From the NCBI GenBank assembly GCA_963839865.1, contig CAWIWS010000006.1, forward strand, positions 10,641 through 74,640: a stretch of 64,000 nt of DNA, written 5' to 3'. Below are positions 11,247 through 20,722 of this stretch, piece after piece (the first letter of the stretch is position 1; every line of letters begins with the position of its first letter). The position numbers were made by a program, and so were the translations under genes. Origin of the DNA: an uncultured Acidobacteriota bacterium (GTDB lineage Bacteria > Acidobacteriota > Vicinamibacteria > Vicinamibacterales > UBA2999). The notes below the pieces were generated by a model. The model worked only from the letters and a program-made list of their open reading frames with translations, made no database searches and was not told the origin of the DNA.

Positions 11247-12616
11247 AGCGGAACCTCGACGGTCTGCCCCTGCGTGGGAATCTCCACCTTCCACCCAAGC
11301 TCCTTCGTGATGCGCGACTGCAGCGCGGCCTGGGCCGGCAGTTCACCGTGCACGAGATACGTGATCTGTGGCGCGCGGGGAAACGTGCGCAGCCAGCGAA
11401 GGATCTCATCCGAATCTGCGTGCGCCGACATGCCGTTGAGCCGCTCGATCTTCGCGTGCACCGGAACCTGCTGGCCGTACATCTTCACGTATTTCGCGCC
11501 CTCGATCAGCTGGCGGCCGCGCGTGCCCGCGGCCTGGAAACCCACGAACAGGACCGTGTTGCGCGGGTCCGGCAGCTCCGCGAAGAGATGATGCACCACG
11601 CGCCCGCCGGTGGCCATGCCGCTCGACGCGAGGATGATCGACGGCCCCTCCGTCTGCACGAGCCGCTTGGACTCCTCCGCGGTCTCGACGGCGTTGAACC
11701 GCGGGACCGCCCGCTTCATCGTCGCCAGTTCCGGGTCGAGCTCGTTGACCCGCCGTTGATAGAACGCGAGGCCTTCGAGCGCCATCGGGCTGTCCACGTG
11801 GATCGGCAGCGCGGGAATCTTCTTCTCGTCCTCGAGGCGGAACAGCCAGTAGAGCAACTCCTCCACGCGCCCGATCGCGAAGGCCGGGATGATCAGCTTC
11901 CCGCGGCGCTCCACCGTGTCCTTGATGATGCGCGCGAGGCCGGCGCCGTGATCCTCCGCGGGATGCAGGCGATCGCCGTACGTGGATTCCATCAGCAGGA
12001 CGTCGGTCTCCACGCCGGGCGAGGGATCCGGCAGGATCGGGCGGCTGTAGCGGCCCAGGTCTCCGCCGAACAGCACGCGACCGCCGCCGTCACCGCGCCG
12101 GCGCGCCAGCACGTACGAGGACCCCAGCAAATGGCCCGCGTTGACGAACTCGACCTCGATCTCCTTGCCCACCTGGATCGGCTTGCCGAACGGGCACTCC
12201 TGGAATCGCGACAGCGCCTCGGTGGCGTCGGCTTCCGTGTAGAGCGGCAGCGCGGGCGCGTGCTTCGAGAAGCCGTGCCGGTTGGCGTGCCGCGCGTCTT
12301 CCTCCTGGATACGGGCGGCGTCGGGCAGGATGAGGCGCGACAGGTCGTGCGTGCCGCCGGTGGAGTAGATCTTGCCCTTGAACCCGCCGGCCACCAGCCG
12401 CGGCAGCCACCCGGTGTGATCCAGGTGCGCATGCGTCAGGACGACGGAATGGATGGTGTCGGGAGGAACGGCCAGGGCGGCCCAGTTGCGAAGGCGCAAC
12501 TCCTTGAGCCCCTGGAACAGCCCGCAATCAAACAGCGTGCGCTGCCCGTTGACCTCGAGAAGGTGCTTGGAGCCGGTCACGGTCCGGGCGGCTCCAAGAA
12601 ACGTCAGTGTGGCCAT
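11243..12616 (-). CDS. MBL-fold beta-CASP metallo-hydrolase (RNA processing nuclease family)
   Basis: FLGAARTVTGS, THAHLDH, AGHLLGS, MESTYG, SGMATGGR, SAHAD, VHGE. Confidence 0.92.
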   Translation of the reverse strand: MATLTFLGAARTVTGSKHLLEVNGQRTLFDCGLFQGLKELRLRNWAALAVPPDTIHSVVLTHAHLDHTGWLPRLVAGGFKGKIYSTGGTHDLSRLILPDAARIQEEDARHANRHGFSKHAPALPLYTEADATEALSRFQECPFGKPIQVGKEIEVEFVNAGHLLGSSYVLARRRGDGGGRVLFGGDLGRYSRPILPDPSPGVETDVLLMESTYGDRLHPAEDHGAGLARIIKDTVERRGKLIIPAFAIGRVEELLYWLFRLEDEKKIPALPIHVDSPMALEGLAFYQRRVNELDPELATMKRAVPRFNAVETAEESKRLVQTEGPSIILASSGMATGGRVVHHLFAELPDPRNTVLFVGFQAAGTRGRQLIEGAKYVKMYGQQVPVHAKIERLNGMSAHADSDEILRWLRTFPRAPQITYLVHGELPAQAALQSRITKELGWKVEIPTQGQTVEVPL

Positions 12617-12650
12617 CCCAGCAACTTTACTAGACAATCTGTCACGGACG

Positions 12651-12780
12651 GGCCACGAGACACGAGACACGGAGACGGCCAATTCTTGATAGCCAGGTGT
12701 GTTCGACTGGACCAACATGAAACGGGTAACGAAGTGATTAGACCAAGGTTTTTCTCCGTGTCTCTGTGTCTCTGTGGCCT
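12651..12780. repeat. MITE-like inverted-repeat element (family A)
   Basis: ggccacgagacacgagacacggaga ... ttctccgtgtctctgtgtctctgtggcc; similar to copies at 14.8, 27.5 and 29.3 kb. Confidence 0.8.
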
Positions 12781-14137
12781 GTTTGTGGTCCCGTCGGGCG
12801 CGGCGGCACAGACACCGGCGCTCGCGGCGTTCAGCGACGCGCTGGAGGCACTCGCCGTGCAGGTCGGTCCCAGCGTCGTGCAGATCAACGTGTCGGGCTT
12901 CACGGTGGCGCAATCGGCCGCGTCCGGGGGCGACACGCTGCTCGAGCATCAGCGCGGCACCGGCTCCGGCGTCATCCTCGACGCCTCGGGTTACATCATC
13001 ACGAACTACCACGTGGTCGAAAGCGCCCGGCGCGTGCAGGTGGTGCTCTCCGCGCCCCGCCCGGGCGGCGCCGCGTCCCTCGTCCGGACCACCGGACGAA
13101 CGCTCGACGGCACCGTCGTCGGCATCGACGAGGAGACCGACCTGGCGGTGATCAAGGTCAACGCCACGGGGCTTCCCGCCATCACGATCGGGGACTCGGA
13201 CACCCTGCGCGCGGGCCAGATTGTCGCCGCCTTCGGCAGCCCGCTCGGCCTCGAGAACTCGATGACGATGGGGGTGGTGAGCGCGGTCGGGCGACAGCTG
13301 GAACCCGACGACCCGATGGTCTACGTGCAGACCGACGCGCCCATCAATCCCGGTAACAGCGGCGGCGCGCTCGTCAACATCAAGGGACAGCTCGTGGGGA
13401 TCAACACGCTCATCCTCTCGCAGGGGGGCGGCAACGAGGGCCTCGGCTTCGCCGCGCCGAGCAACATCGTCCGAACGGTGTTCGAGCAGATTCGGAAGTC
13501 GGGGCGCGTGAAGCGCGGCACCATCGGCGTGGCGGCGCAGACGATTACGCCCACGCTCGCGGCCGCGCTGAAGCTGCCGCAGGACTCGGGCGTGATCCTC
13601 GCGGACGTCTATCCCGACGAGCCCGGCGAGAAGGCGGGCCTGCTGATCGGCGACATCGTCCTCTCGGTGGACGGCAAGCCGATGGAGAACGGGCGGCAGC
13701 TCGAGGTGAATCTGTACCAGCGCGCCGCGGGTGACGTCACCACGCTCGTCGTTCTGCGCGGCGGCCAGCGGCTGACGCGGCCGGTGGCCGTCGCGGAGCG
13801 GGAGGACGATCCGGCGCGGTTTTCGGAGCTGGTGACGCCCGAACGCAACCTCGTGGAGCGGCTCGGCATCCTCGGCGTGGATCTCACGCCGGAACTCGCC
13901 GCCAAGGTGGGCAGCACGCGCGTGCTCCGGGGCGTCGTCGTCGCGTCGCGCGCCCTGATGAGCGCCGCGGAATACGGGCTGCAGCCGGGTGACGTGATCG
14001 TGGGGGTCAACGGCGCGCCGGCCGGATCGCTGGCCGACCTGCGCAGCATGATCGGGCGCCTGCCGACCAACGCCCCATGCGCGCTCCAGGTCCTGCGCCA
14101 GGGGGACCTGCTGTACCTGTCGTTCGAGATCGAGTGA
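12734..14137 (+). CDS. HtrA/DegP-type serine protease with two PDZ domains
   Basis: GSGVI, TNYHVV, DLAVIK, QTDAPINPGNSGG; PDZ motifs AGLLIGDIV and GLQPGDVI; probable GTG start at 12734. Confidence 0.92.
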   Translation: MIRPRFFSVSLCLCGLFVVPSGAAAQTPALAAFSDALEALAVQVGPSVVQINVSGFTVAQSAASGGDTLLEHQRGTGSGVILDASGYIITNYHVVESARRVQVVLSAPRPGGAASLVRTTGRTLDGTVVGIDEETDLAVIKVNATGLPAITIGDSDTLRAGQIVAAFGSPLGLENSMTMGVVSAVGRQLEPDDPMVYVQTDAPINPGNSGGALVNIKGQLVGINTLILSQGGGNEGLGFAAPSNIVRTVFEQIRKSGRVKRGTIGVAAQTITPTLAAALKLPQDSGVILADVYPDEPGEKAGLLIGDIVLSVDGKPMENGRQLEVNLYQRAAGDVTTLVVLRGGQRLTRPVAVAEREDDPARFSELVTPERNLVERLGILGVDLTPELAAKVGSTRVLRGVVVASRALMSAAEYGLQPGDVIVGVNGAPAGSLADLRSMIGRLPTNAPCALQVLRQGDLLYLSFEIE

Positions 14138-14138
14138 T

Positions 14139-14814
14139 CTACCGGGCGTACTTCACGAGCGCGGCCGTCCAGGCGGCCACGGGTTCCGGGGCGCCGCCGA
14201 GGTGGTCGAACACGATCTGCCCGGTGCGATAGCCCATGCCGTAGAAGCGGTCGTTGGCGTCGCGATCCTGGCGGATGGTCGATGCCGTTCAGGTTGACGC
14301 CGGCGAACAGCCCGCGCGTGCGTGAGTAGCTGAGGATCTGCGCGCGCATCTGGATGTCGGTCGCGGCGCTCGCGTCCCGGCCCGATCGGGCCCGCCGCCA
14401 CCGACGCGTTCGCGCCGATCTTGAACTGGTTGCTCACCAGTTGCTCGAGCCCGCGCTGGTTGTTCACCACGAGGATGAGGTCCACGGACTGGCCGCCGAT
14501 CTGCGCGCCGATGCTGCCGCCCGTGATCGTGAGGAACGCCGGCGAGGACCACGCGCCGCTCGTCTTGTCCCGCACGCTCAGGATGCCGCGCCCGTGCTCC
14601 CCGCCCACGACGAAGCCGCCCTTGAGCATCGAGGGGAACACGGCGATGCCTTCCGCCTTCTCGAGAATCGCCCGCGGCATCGACTTGTCCGCGGCGCTCA
14701 TGATCTCGTCGAGCACGATGGTGGCTTCGCGATCCGCTTCGCTTCATCCGTCTGCGCAAGCCCGATCAACGGCAGGGCTAGCGCCACGCTCAGCGCGAGG
14801 AGGATTTTCTTCAT
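14139..14814 (-). CDS. SYLF/YSC84-like lipid-binding domain protein (frameshifted)
   Basis: Signal peptide; KGGFVVGGEHGRG, GGSIGAQIG, ASVAAGP, YSRTRGLFAGVNL. Confidence 0.88.
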
Positions 14815-14835
14815 GGGCTCCAATATCGCATAAAA

Positions 14836-14969
14836 CGGACGGGCCACGGAGACACGGAGGCACGGAGAAGACCAACTCTTACTAAATGCCGGTGCCGCTA
14901 AGCAGCCCTGGCCTTTGGAAAGAATTGGTCTTCTCCGTGTCTCCGTGTCTCCGTGGCTCGTACGTGATC
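14836..14969. repeat. MITE-like inverted-repeat element (family A)
   Basis: ccacggagacacggaggcacggagaagaccaa ... ttggtcttctccgtgtctccgtgtctccgtgg. Confidence 0.85.
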
Positions 14970-16238
14970 TAGAGGATGTTCGGCGCGCCGGCGCGGTAGT
15001 CGGCGCCGAGGATCGACACCGAGCTCGACGCCCAGCCAGTTGTCGAGGATCTTGGCGTAGACGGATCGGAAGTCGGTCTCCCACTTCACGTCGCCGGCGC
15101 TGTTCTCGAGCGTCGGGTTGCGGGGTCGGTGTTGAGGTTCGGCGGCGGTGCCGTAGATGCCGCCGCGCACGAGGCCGCCGAGCACCATCATGTTGGCGCC
15201 CGCGCCGTGGTCGGTGCCCTGGCTGCCGTTCTCGCTGATGCGCCGGCCGAACTCCGAGTAGACCAGCACGAGCGTGTTGTTCAGCATGCCCTGCTGGCTC
15301 AGGTCGTCGTAGAACGCCTTCAGTCCGTCGCCGAGCGTCGCCATCAGGTTGAAGTACGAGCCCGTGCTGACGCCTTGCGACGGCGTGCGTGTCGAATCCG
15401 CCGGTCTGCACCCAGAACACCTTGGTGCCGATCTGCTTGTTCATCGCGCCGGCCACGGCCTGCAGCGCCTGGGCGAAGCCGTTGTTCGGGTAGGTCACGC
15501 GACGGCCGGTACGCCGCCACGGTGGCGACGCGGTCCAGCGTGCTCAGCGCCGCCTGCGTCGTCGAGTTCACGAACGCGAGGTGCGGGCGATCGACCGGGA
15601 CGTGCGACGCGATGCGCGATCTGCGCCGTTCGCTCGTAGCCGGCTTCGGTGCCGGTGTTGGGGCTCGAGAAGCGAATAGGTCGCCGGGCTCGTGATGGCC
15701 GGCACGCCCACCTTGTTGGCCATCAGCGGCCGCGGCGTTTCGCGCTGCGTGTTCCAGCCCACCAGCGGATCGACCGGGCGACGGCAGCTGGTCGAGGTAG
15801 CGCCCGAGCCATCCCGTGCCGTGCGCGTTGGTGGTGCTGGCCGTGCCCCAGATGTCAAAGCCGGTGAAGTGCGACCGGCTCTGGTTCGCGTAGCCGGTGC
15901 GCTGAACGATGGCCAGGCGGCCGGCGTCGAAGATCGACTTCAGCCCCGTCAGCCGCGGATGCAGGCCGAGGTCGACGTTCGAGGAGTCGGCGCCGATCTG
16001 CAGCACGCTGCCGGCCGGGACGGCGATCGTCGGGCGGCGCGCTGGCAGTAGAACGGATCGCGATACGGAATCACGGTGCTCAGCGAATCGTTGCCGCCGC
16101 TCAGGTACACGACCACGACGGTTCCGCGACGGCACGCCCTGCGCGAGCGCGATGTCGCACAGCACCTGCGGCGCGGCGAACCCGAACGTGAACGCGGTCA
16201 CGCCGCTCTTGACGAATTGACGTCGTCGAGAAATTCAT
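14969..16238 (-). CDS. DUF1501 domain protein with Tat-like signal (frameshifted)
   Basis: RRQFVK N-terminus; LSGGND, GLHP, SRSHF, TGWLGR, GGFDTH, SEFGR..ENGSQGTDHG, DFRSVY. Confidence 0.88.
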
Positions 16239-16268
16239 GTTGTCCCCTGCGTCTCTGCGTCTCAGCGG

Positions 16269-17730
16269 TCAGTTGAACTGCGTACTCGCCCGCGCCGACG
16301 ATCAGGCGGGTCAGCCCGGGGATGCTTGCTGCTGCAGCTGCGCATCCGTTCCCGTCCACGCGCGCCGACCGGAGGTAGTCGAGCATGGCCTGCGTCTGCG
16401 TCGAGTTGAAGCCCATCGTCCTGAAGCGGCGCGAGCATGTATTCGAGCACGCGTTCCGGGCGTCTGGCGGTAGGGCTGCAGCGTCGCGCGCGAGATTGAA
16501 GCGCTGGTTCGCCGCCAGCGTGGCCGCGAAGTTCATGCGCGACAGCATGCCCGACGTCGAGAACCAGCCCGGCGCCGAGTTCCCAGCCGTTGACGTCGGG
16601 CGGCTCGTAGAGCTGCTGGCCCATGTTGCTCAGCGGCGTCATGGCGTTGTTCACCGAGAAGCCGCTCCAGCCCACTTCCTTGATCGATCGCACGACGTAT
16701 TCCGCCGGCCAGGAGTAGCGCTGGAAGAAATTCGCCGGGTCTCAGGAACTGCGGCGACGTGAACAGCGTGCGCAGCATCGCCTTGATGTTGTAGTTGTTG
16801 CCAAGGTACGCGTTCGCCATCGAGGAGATCAGCGCCTGCATCGGGATCGGCGGTCTCGTTGACGAAGAACTTGTAGAGGCGCGTGGCCAGGCGCCGCGCC
16901 GTCGCGGGGTTGCGGGCCAGCGCCAGCACGAGATCCAGCGCGTCCTGCTCGCCCTGCGCCGACGGAGCGGGCGGGAATGGTCTTGCCGCCGTCAGGGTAG
17001 ATCGCAAAGGTGAACGTCTTCGCCGTGGTGTCGTGGTCGGCGGGACGGTAGACGTAGCGAGTACCAGCTGCCGGTCGTGCTCGCGCGATCGCCGTTGATC
17101 TGCCAGTTGAAGCCGGTGAACACGCGGGCCGCGGCGTACACGTCGGCTTCGACGTAGTTGCCGATGCCCAGGCTGAACAGCTCCATGATCTCGCGTCCGA
17201 AGTTCTCCTGCGGCCGCGTGCGCGTGTTCAGCTGGCTGTCGAGCCAGTAGAGCATCGCCGGATCCTTCGCCATCTCCCACAGCAGCGTCGCGAAAGCTGC
17301 CGGTGCCGAACTGGCGCAGCAGCTGAATCTGGCCGCGGCTCGCTGCCTGCAGGCTGGACGGGTCGTCGTCCATCAGCTCGCGTCGCGCGCTCCTGCCCCA
17401 CGGCGCCCGCCACCTTGCTGTAGGCGGTCGCGAAGTGGTTGTGCCAGAAGAGCGCCATCTTCTCTTCGAGCGGCCGCTGCGAGTGGACCATGCGGAACAG
17501 CCAGCGCTGCCGCGCGTCGTTGATGACGCGTGTTCGGCGAGAACGGCTGGCCGGTCGCGTGGTGATGCCGACGTAGTCGGGCAGGCCGATCTTGGCGTCG
17601 ATGATCGGTCGAGCTGGTTCTCGTAGTTCAGCAGCCGATCGATCACCGTGTCGACCGGCAGTGCCGCCCAGGCCGCGAGCTCAGCGGGACTGGCCCCAAA
17701 TCCCATGCGTCGAAGGATGTGCTCGAGCAT
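16269..17730 (-). CDS. DUF1800 domain protein (frameshifted)
   Basis: HILRRMGFG, EKMALFWHNHFAT, PAMLYWLD, ENFGREIMELFSLG, ARVFTG, PPDVNGW. Confidence 0.88.
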
Positions 17731-17826
17731 GCTGTTCCTCAGCGATACTAGTCGGCCGGATCGTAACCTCGACGGTACGGATCACAGTAAATGCCCGCGA
17801 ATGTAACAACCTGCCGACGAGAACTG

Positions 17827-20600
17827 TCAGGCGTTGCGCGGCGCTTGCCCCAGGGCTGAGCAGGTTGGCCATCAGGCGGAATGCACCATCCGTGCCGGCC
17901 GGCAGCTGCCGCCACAGGCCGAGGCCCACGTACAACCAGCGGCCCTGGCCCACCTTGGCCTCGACCAGCGCGCCGAGCTTGGCGCCCTTGTTGTACGGGA
18001 ACGGCTCGGTGAATTCGACCAGGTCCTGGTACTGCGGGTCGCGGCCCGCCGTGTCGAAGAAGTAGAGGCCGCGTTCCTGCACCCAGCCCGTCCAGTCGGC
18101 GCGCGCCGATGGCGTTGGGCGCGTTGAACACCGGATGCTGCGGCGCGAGCAGCTTGAGCTCCGCGTTCTCGTCGGTCACGCGCTCGCGGCCCACCTTGCC
18201 GGGATACGGGCCGTACTGCGCGTCGTTGAACTCGAACTTGTTGTACTGGACGATCACCGTGCCGCCGGCCTTCGCGTAGTCGAGCAGCCGCTGGTTGTAG
18301 GCGCGCAGGTCGCTGCGCCGCTCGTAGGCGCGCACGCCGGTCATGATCACGTCGTACTTGCGACAGGTCGCCCCACGCCAGGTCGTCGGCGCCGATGAAC
18401 GACAGCTTCACGCCGAGCTGCTCGAGCGCGGCGGGCACCTCGTCGCCCACGCCCATCACGTAGCCCACCGAGAGGTTCGGCTTCACCGCCACGTCGAGCG
18501 CCTTCACGGTGATCTCGCGGCGCCACGCAGCACGTGGCGGCGCGTCGTGTGCGGGTACTCCACGAGCTGGTAGCCCATGCGGTACGTCGCGCGTGCCCTC
18601 GGACGCCGACGAGCTCGCGCCACCGCCTTCACGGTGAACTGGTTGCCGCCGGGCTTCATCGCGGCCTGCGCGAGCACGGGCGGCGGCGGCGGCGTCAGCG
18701 CGAACCGCACGGTCATCGCCTCGTCTTCGCGCGAGAACGCGACGGCCTGCGTCGCCGGCGTCGCCCGCCATCCCTGCGGCACCTCCAGCGCGACCTCCGC
18801 CTTCGCGGCGCCCTTGGCGTGGTTGACCACGGTGACGCGCACGTCCTTCGCCGTGCCACGCGCGTTCGTGCCGGCGTCGGCGCGCGTCGGCACGATCAAC
18901 GTCTCCGGGCGTCGCCGTCACGGCAAACGCGGGCACGACGTGGATTTCGGCGCGCTTCTCGCCGCTGAACAGGTTGCCTTCCGACCGCGCCTGCACGGGG
19001 ATCGTCATCGGGAACTCGACGCCGCCGATGACGAGCGTGAAGGTGGCGGTGTACGGCGTGGGCCGGAACGGCAGGCCGAACGGCACGTCGGGATCGAGGA
19101 TGAACCGCGCCGCGTCCTTGGCGTACTTGAAGTGCGCGGCGGTGAGCCGCGCGTCGGCGGGAATCGTGCCGCCGGTGGCCGACGGCGTCCGCGAAGCCGT
19201 TCAGCGCGCGCGCCTTCACCACGACCGGCACCGTGCCGCGAATCGCCGCGAGCATCTGCACCTTGCACCGGCTGGCCCGCCACGACGAGGCCGTCGTCCG
19301 CCACCGCGTCGAGCTTGACGTCGGCCGCCACGGCGAGCGCCTGGGTGAACTGCGCTTCCTTCTGCTTCGAGCCGGAAGTCGATCTCGTAGCGCGCGCTGT
19401 CGTCGATCGGCATGCTGCGCCAGGTTCACGCGAAGCGTGCGGAGGGCGGTGAGGCCCAGCGCAAGGGGCGGCACGGTCGCGGCGGTGCCGTGCGCCGCCA
19501 GTTCCGCGCGCGCCTTCGCGACGCTCCCGGTGATCGCGGTCAGCGCGGACGTGAGGCCGGCCGGCGGGTTGGCGCCCGCGAACTTCGCCAGGCCCGCGAG
19601 CGTCGTGTCGACGCCGTCGAACGGCTCCTTCTCCGCGCGGTCCACGCCGTCGGGCAGCACGGTGTCGCGCAGCCGATACGCGCGCGACGCTGCCCACGCC
19701 GCCGGCTTCGCCGTCGGAGAGCGGCAGCAACTGCGACATGCCCTGGCACTTGTGATGCTGCGCGCCTCGGCCGAGATCTCGTTGCAGGTGCGGCCGAGCA
19801 CCGCGTCGTAGTAGGCGCCGCCCTCGAACATGAGCGGGGTCTTGGCGCCGTCACCCGGCAGTTGCGCCACGCGTGGCGCGCGCCCAGCTTGCCCTGAGCC
19901 TGCCGAAGGGGACCCACCGGGCCCGCCACGGCCGCCCGGGCCCGGCCCGAAGCCCGGCCGTGTAGTAGTACTTCTTCGGCTGCCACGGGCGCAGGCCTTC
20001 CTCGATCTGCTCGGGGAACTGGTTCGGGTCCGCCGCCGCCCGGAACGCCTCGAGCGTGAGGCGCGCCGAGGTCTGGTGGTGCTGGCCGCCGCCCTCGCCG
20101 TCGAAGATCGAAGCCGACGATCACGTCGGGGCGGATCGTGCGAATCATGCGCACGAAGTCGCCCGAGAATCTCCTGGTGGCCCCACTTCTCCAGCGTCTC
20201 TTCGACGCTGAACGAGTAGCCGAAGTCCACCGCGCGCGTGAAGTACTGCTCGGCGCCGTCGAAGCGGTGCGCGGCCAGCAGCTCCTCGGTGCGCAGCACC
20301 GCGAGCGACTCGAACAGCTCGGGGCCAATCTCGTTCTGCCCGCCCTCCCCGCGCGTCGCCGTCACGAGCGTCGTGCGAAACCCCTTCCCGTGCGAGTAGT
20401 ACGCGAGCATCGCGTTGTTCTCGTCGTCGGGATGCGCCGTGGTCATCATCAGGGTGCCCACGGTGTCGAGCTTGCGGAGCGCGAGCTCGAGCGCCGGCTC
20501 GCCGCGCATCGCGGCGATGGGCTGCAGCTGATACTGGGCGGAGGGGACGGTCGCGGCGAGCGCCGCAAAGAGGATGACGAGGAAGGGCGGTGCGGCGCAT
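17827..20600 (-). CDS. Secreted PIG-L/LmbE family deacetylase with NEW3-like and C-terminal GATase-like domains (frameshifted)
   Basis: [32 protein letters not shown]; [25 protein letters not shown]. Confidence 0.85.
19888..19910. repeat. Minimal REP-like element inside the PIG-L gene
   Basis: cttgccctgagcctgccgaaggg; encodes PSAGSGQA in a Gly-rich loop. Confidence 0.65.
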
Positions 20601-20612
20601 TGGGATCGACTC

Positions 20613-20711
20613 CGGGAGTCGGGAGTCGGGAGTCGGGAGTCAGAAAAACGAGAAGTCGGGAGCCGGAAGTCGGATGTCCTTCGACTCCCGACTCCCGACT
20701 CCCGACTCCCG
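20613..20711. repeat. Inverted pair of GGGAGTC heptamer arrays
   Basis: (gggagtc)4 ... (gactccc)4 hairpin. Confidence 0.9.
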
Positions 20712-20722
20712 TCACGATCTGG

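Noticed and set aside
11348-12733. N-terminal 460-aa extension of the HtrA ORF
   Set aside because: Overlaps the MBL nuclease on the opposite strand; the real protein starts near 12734
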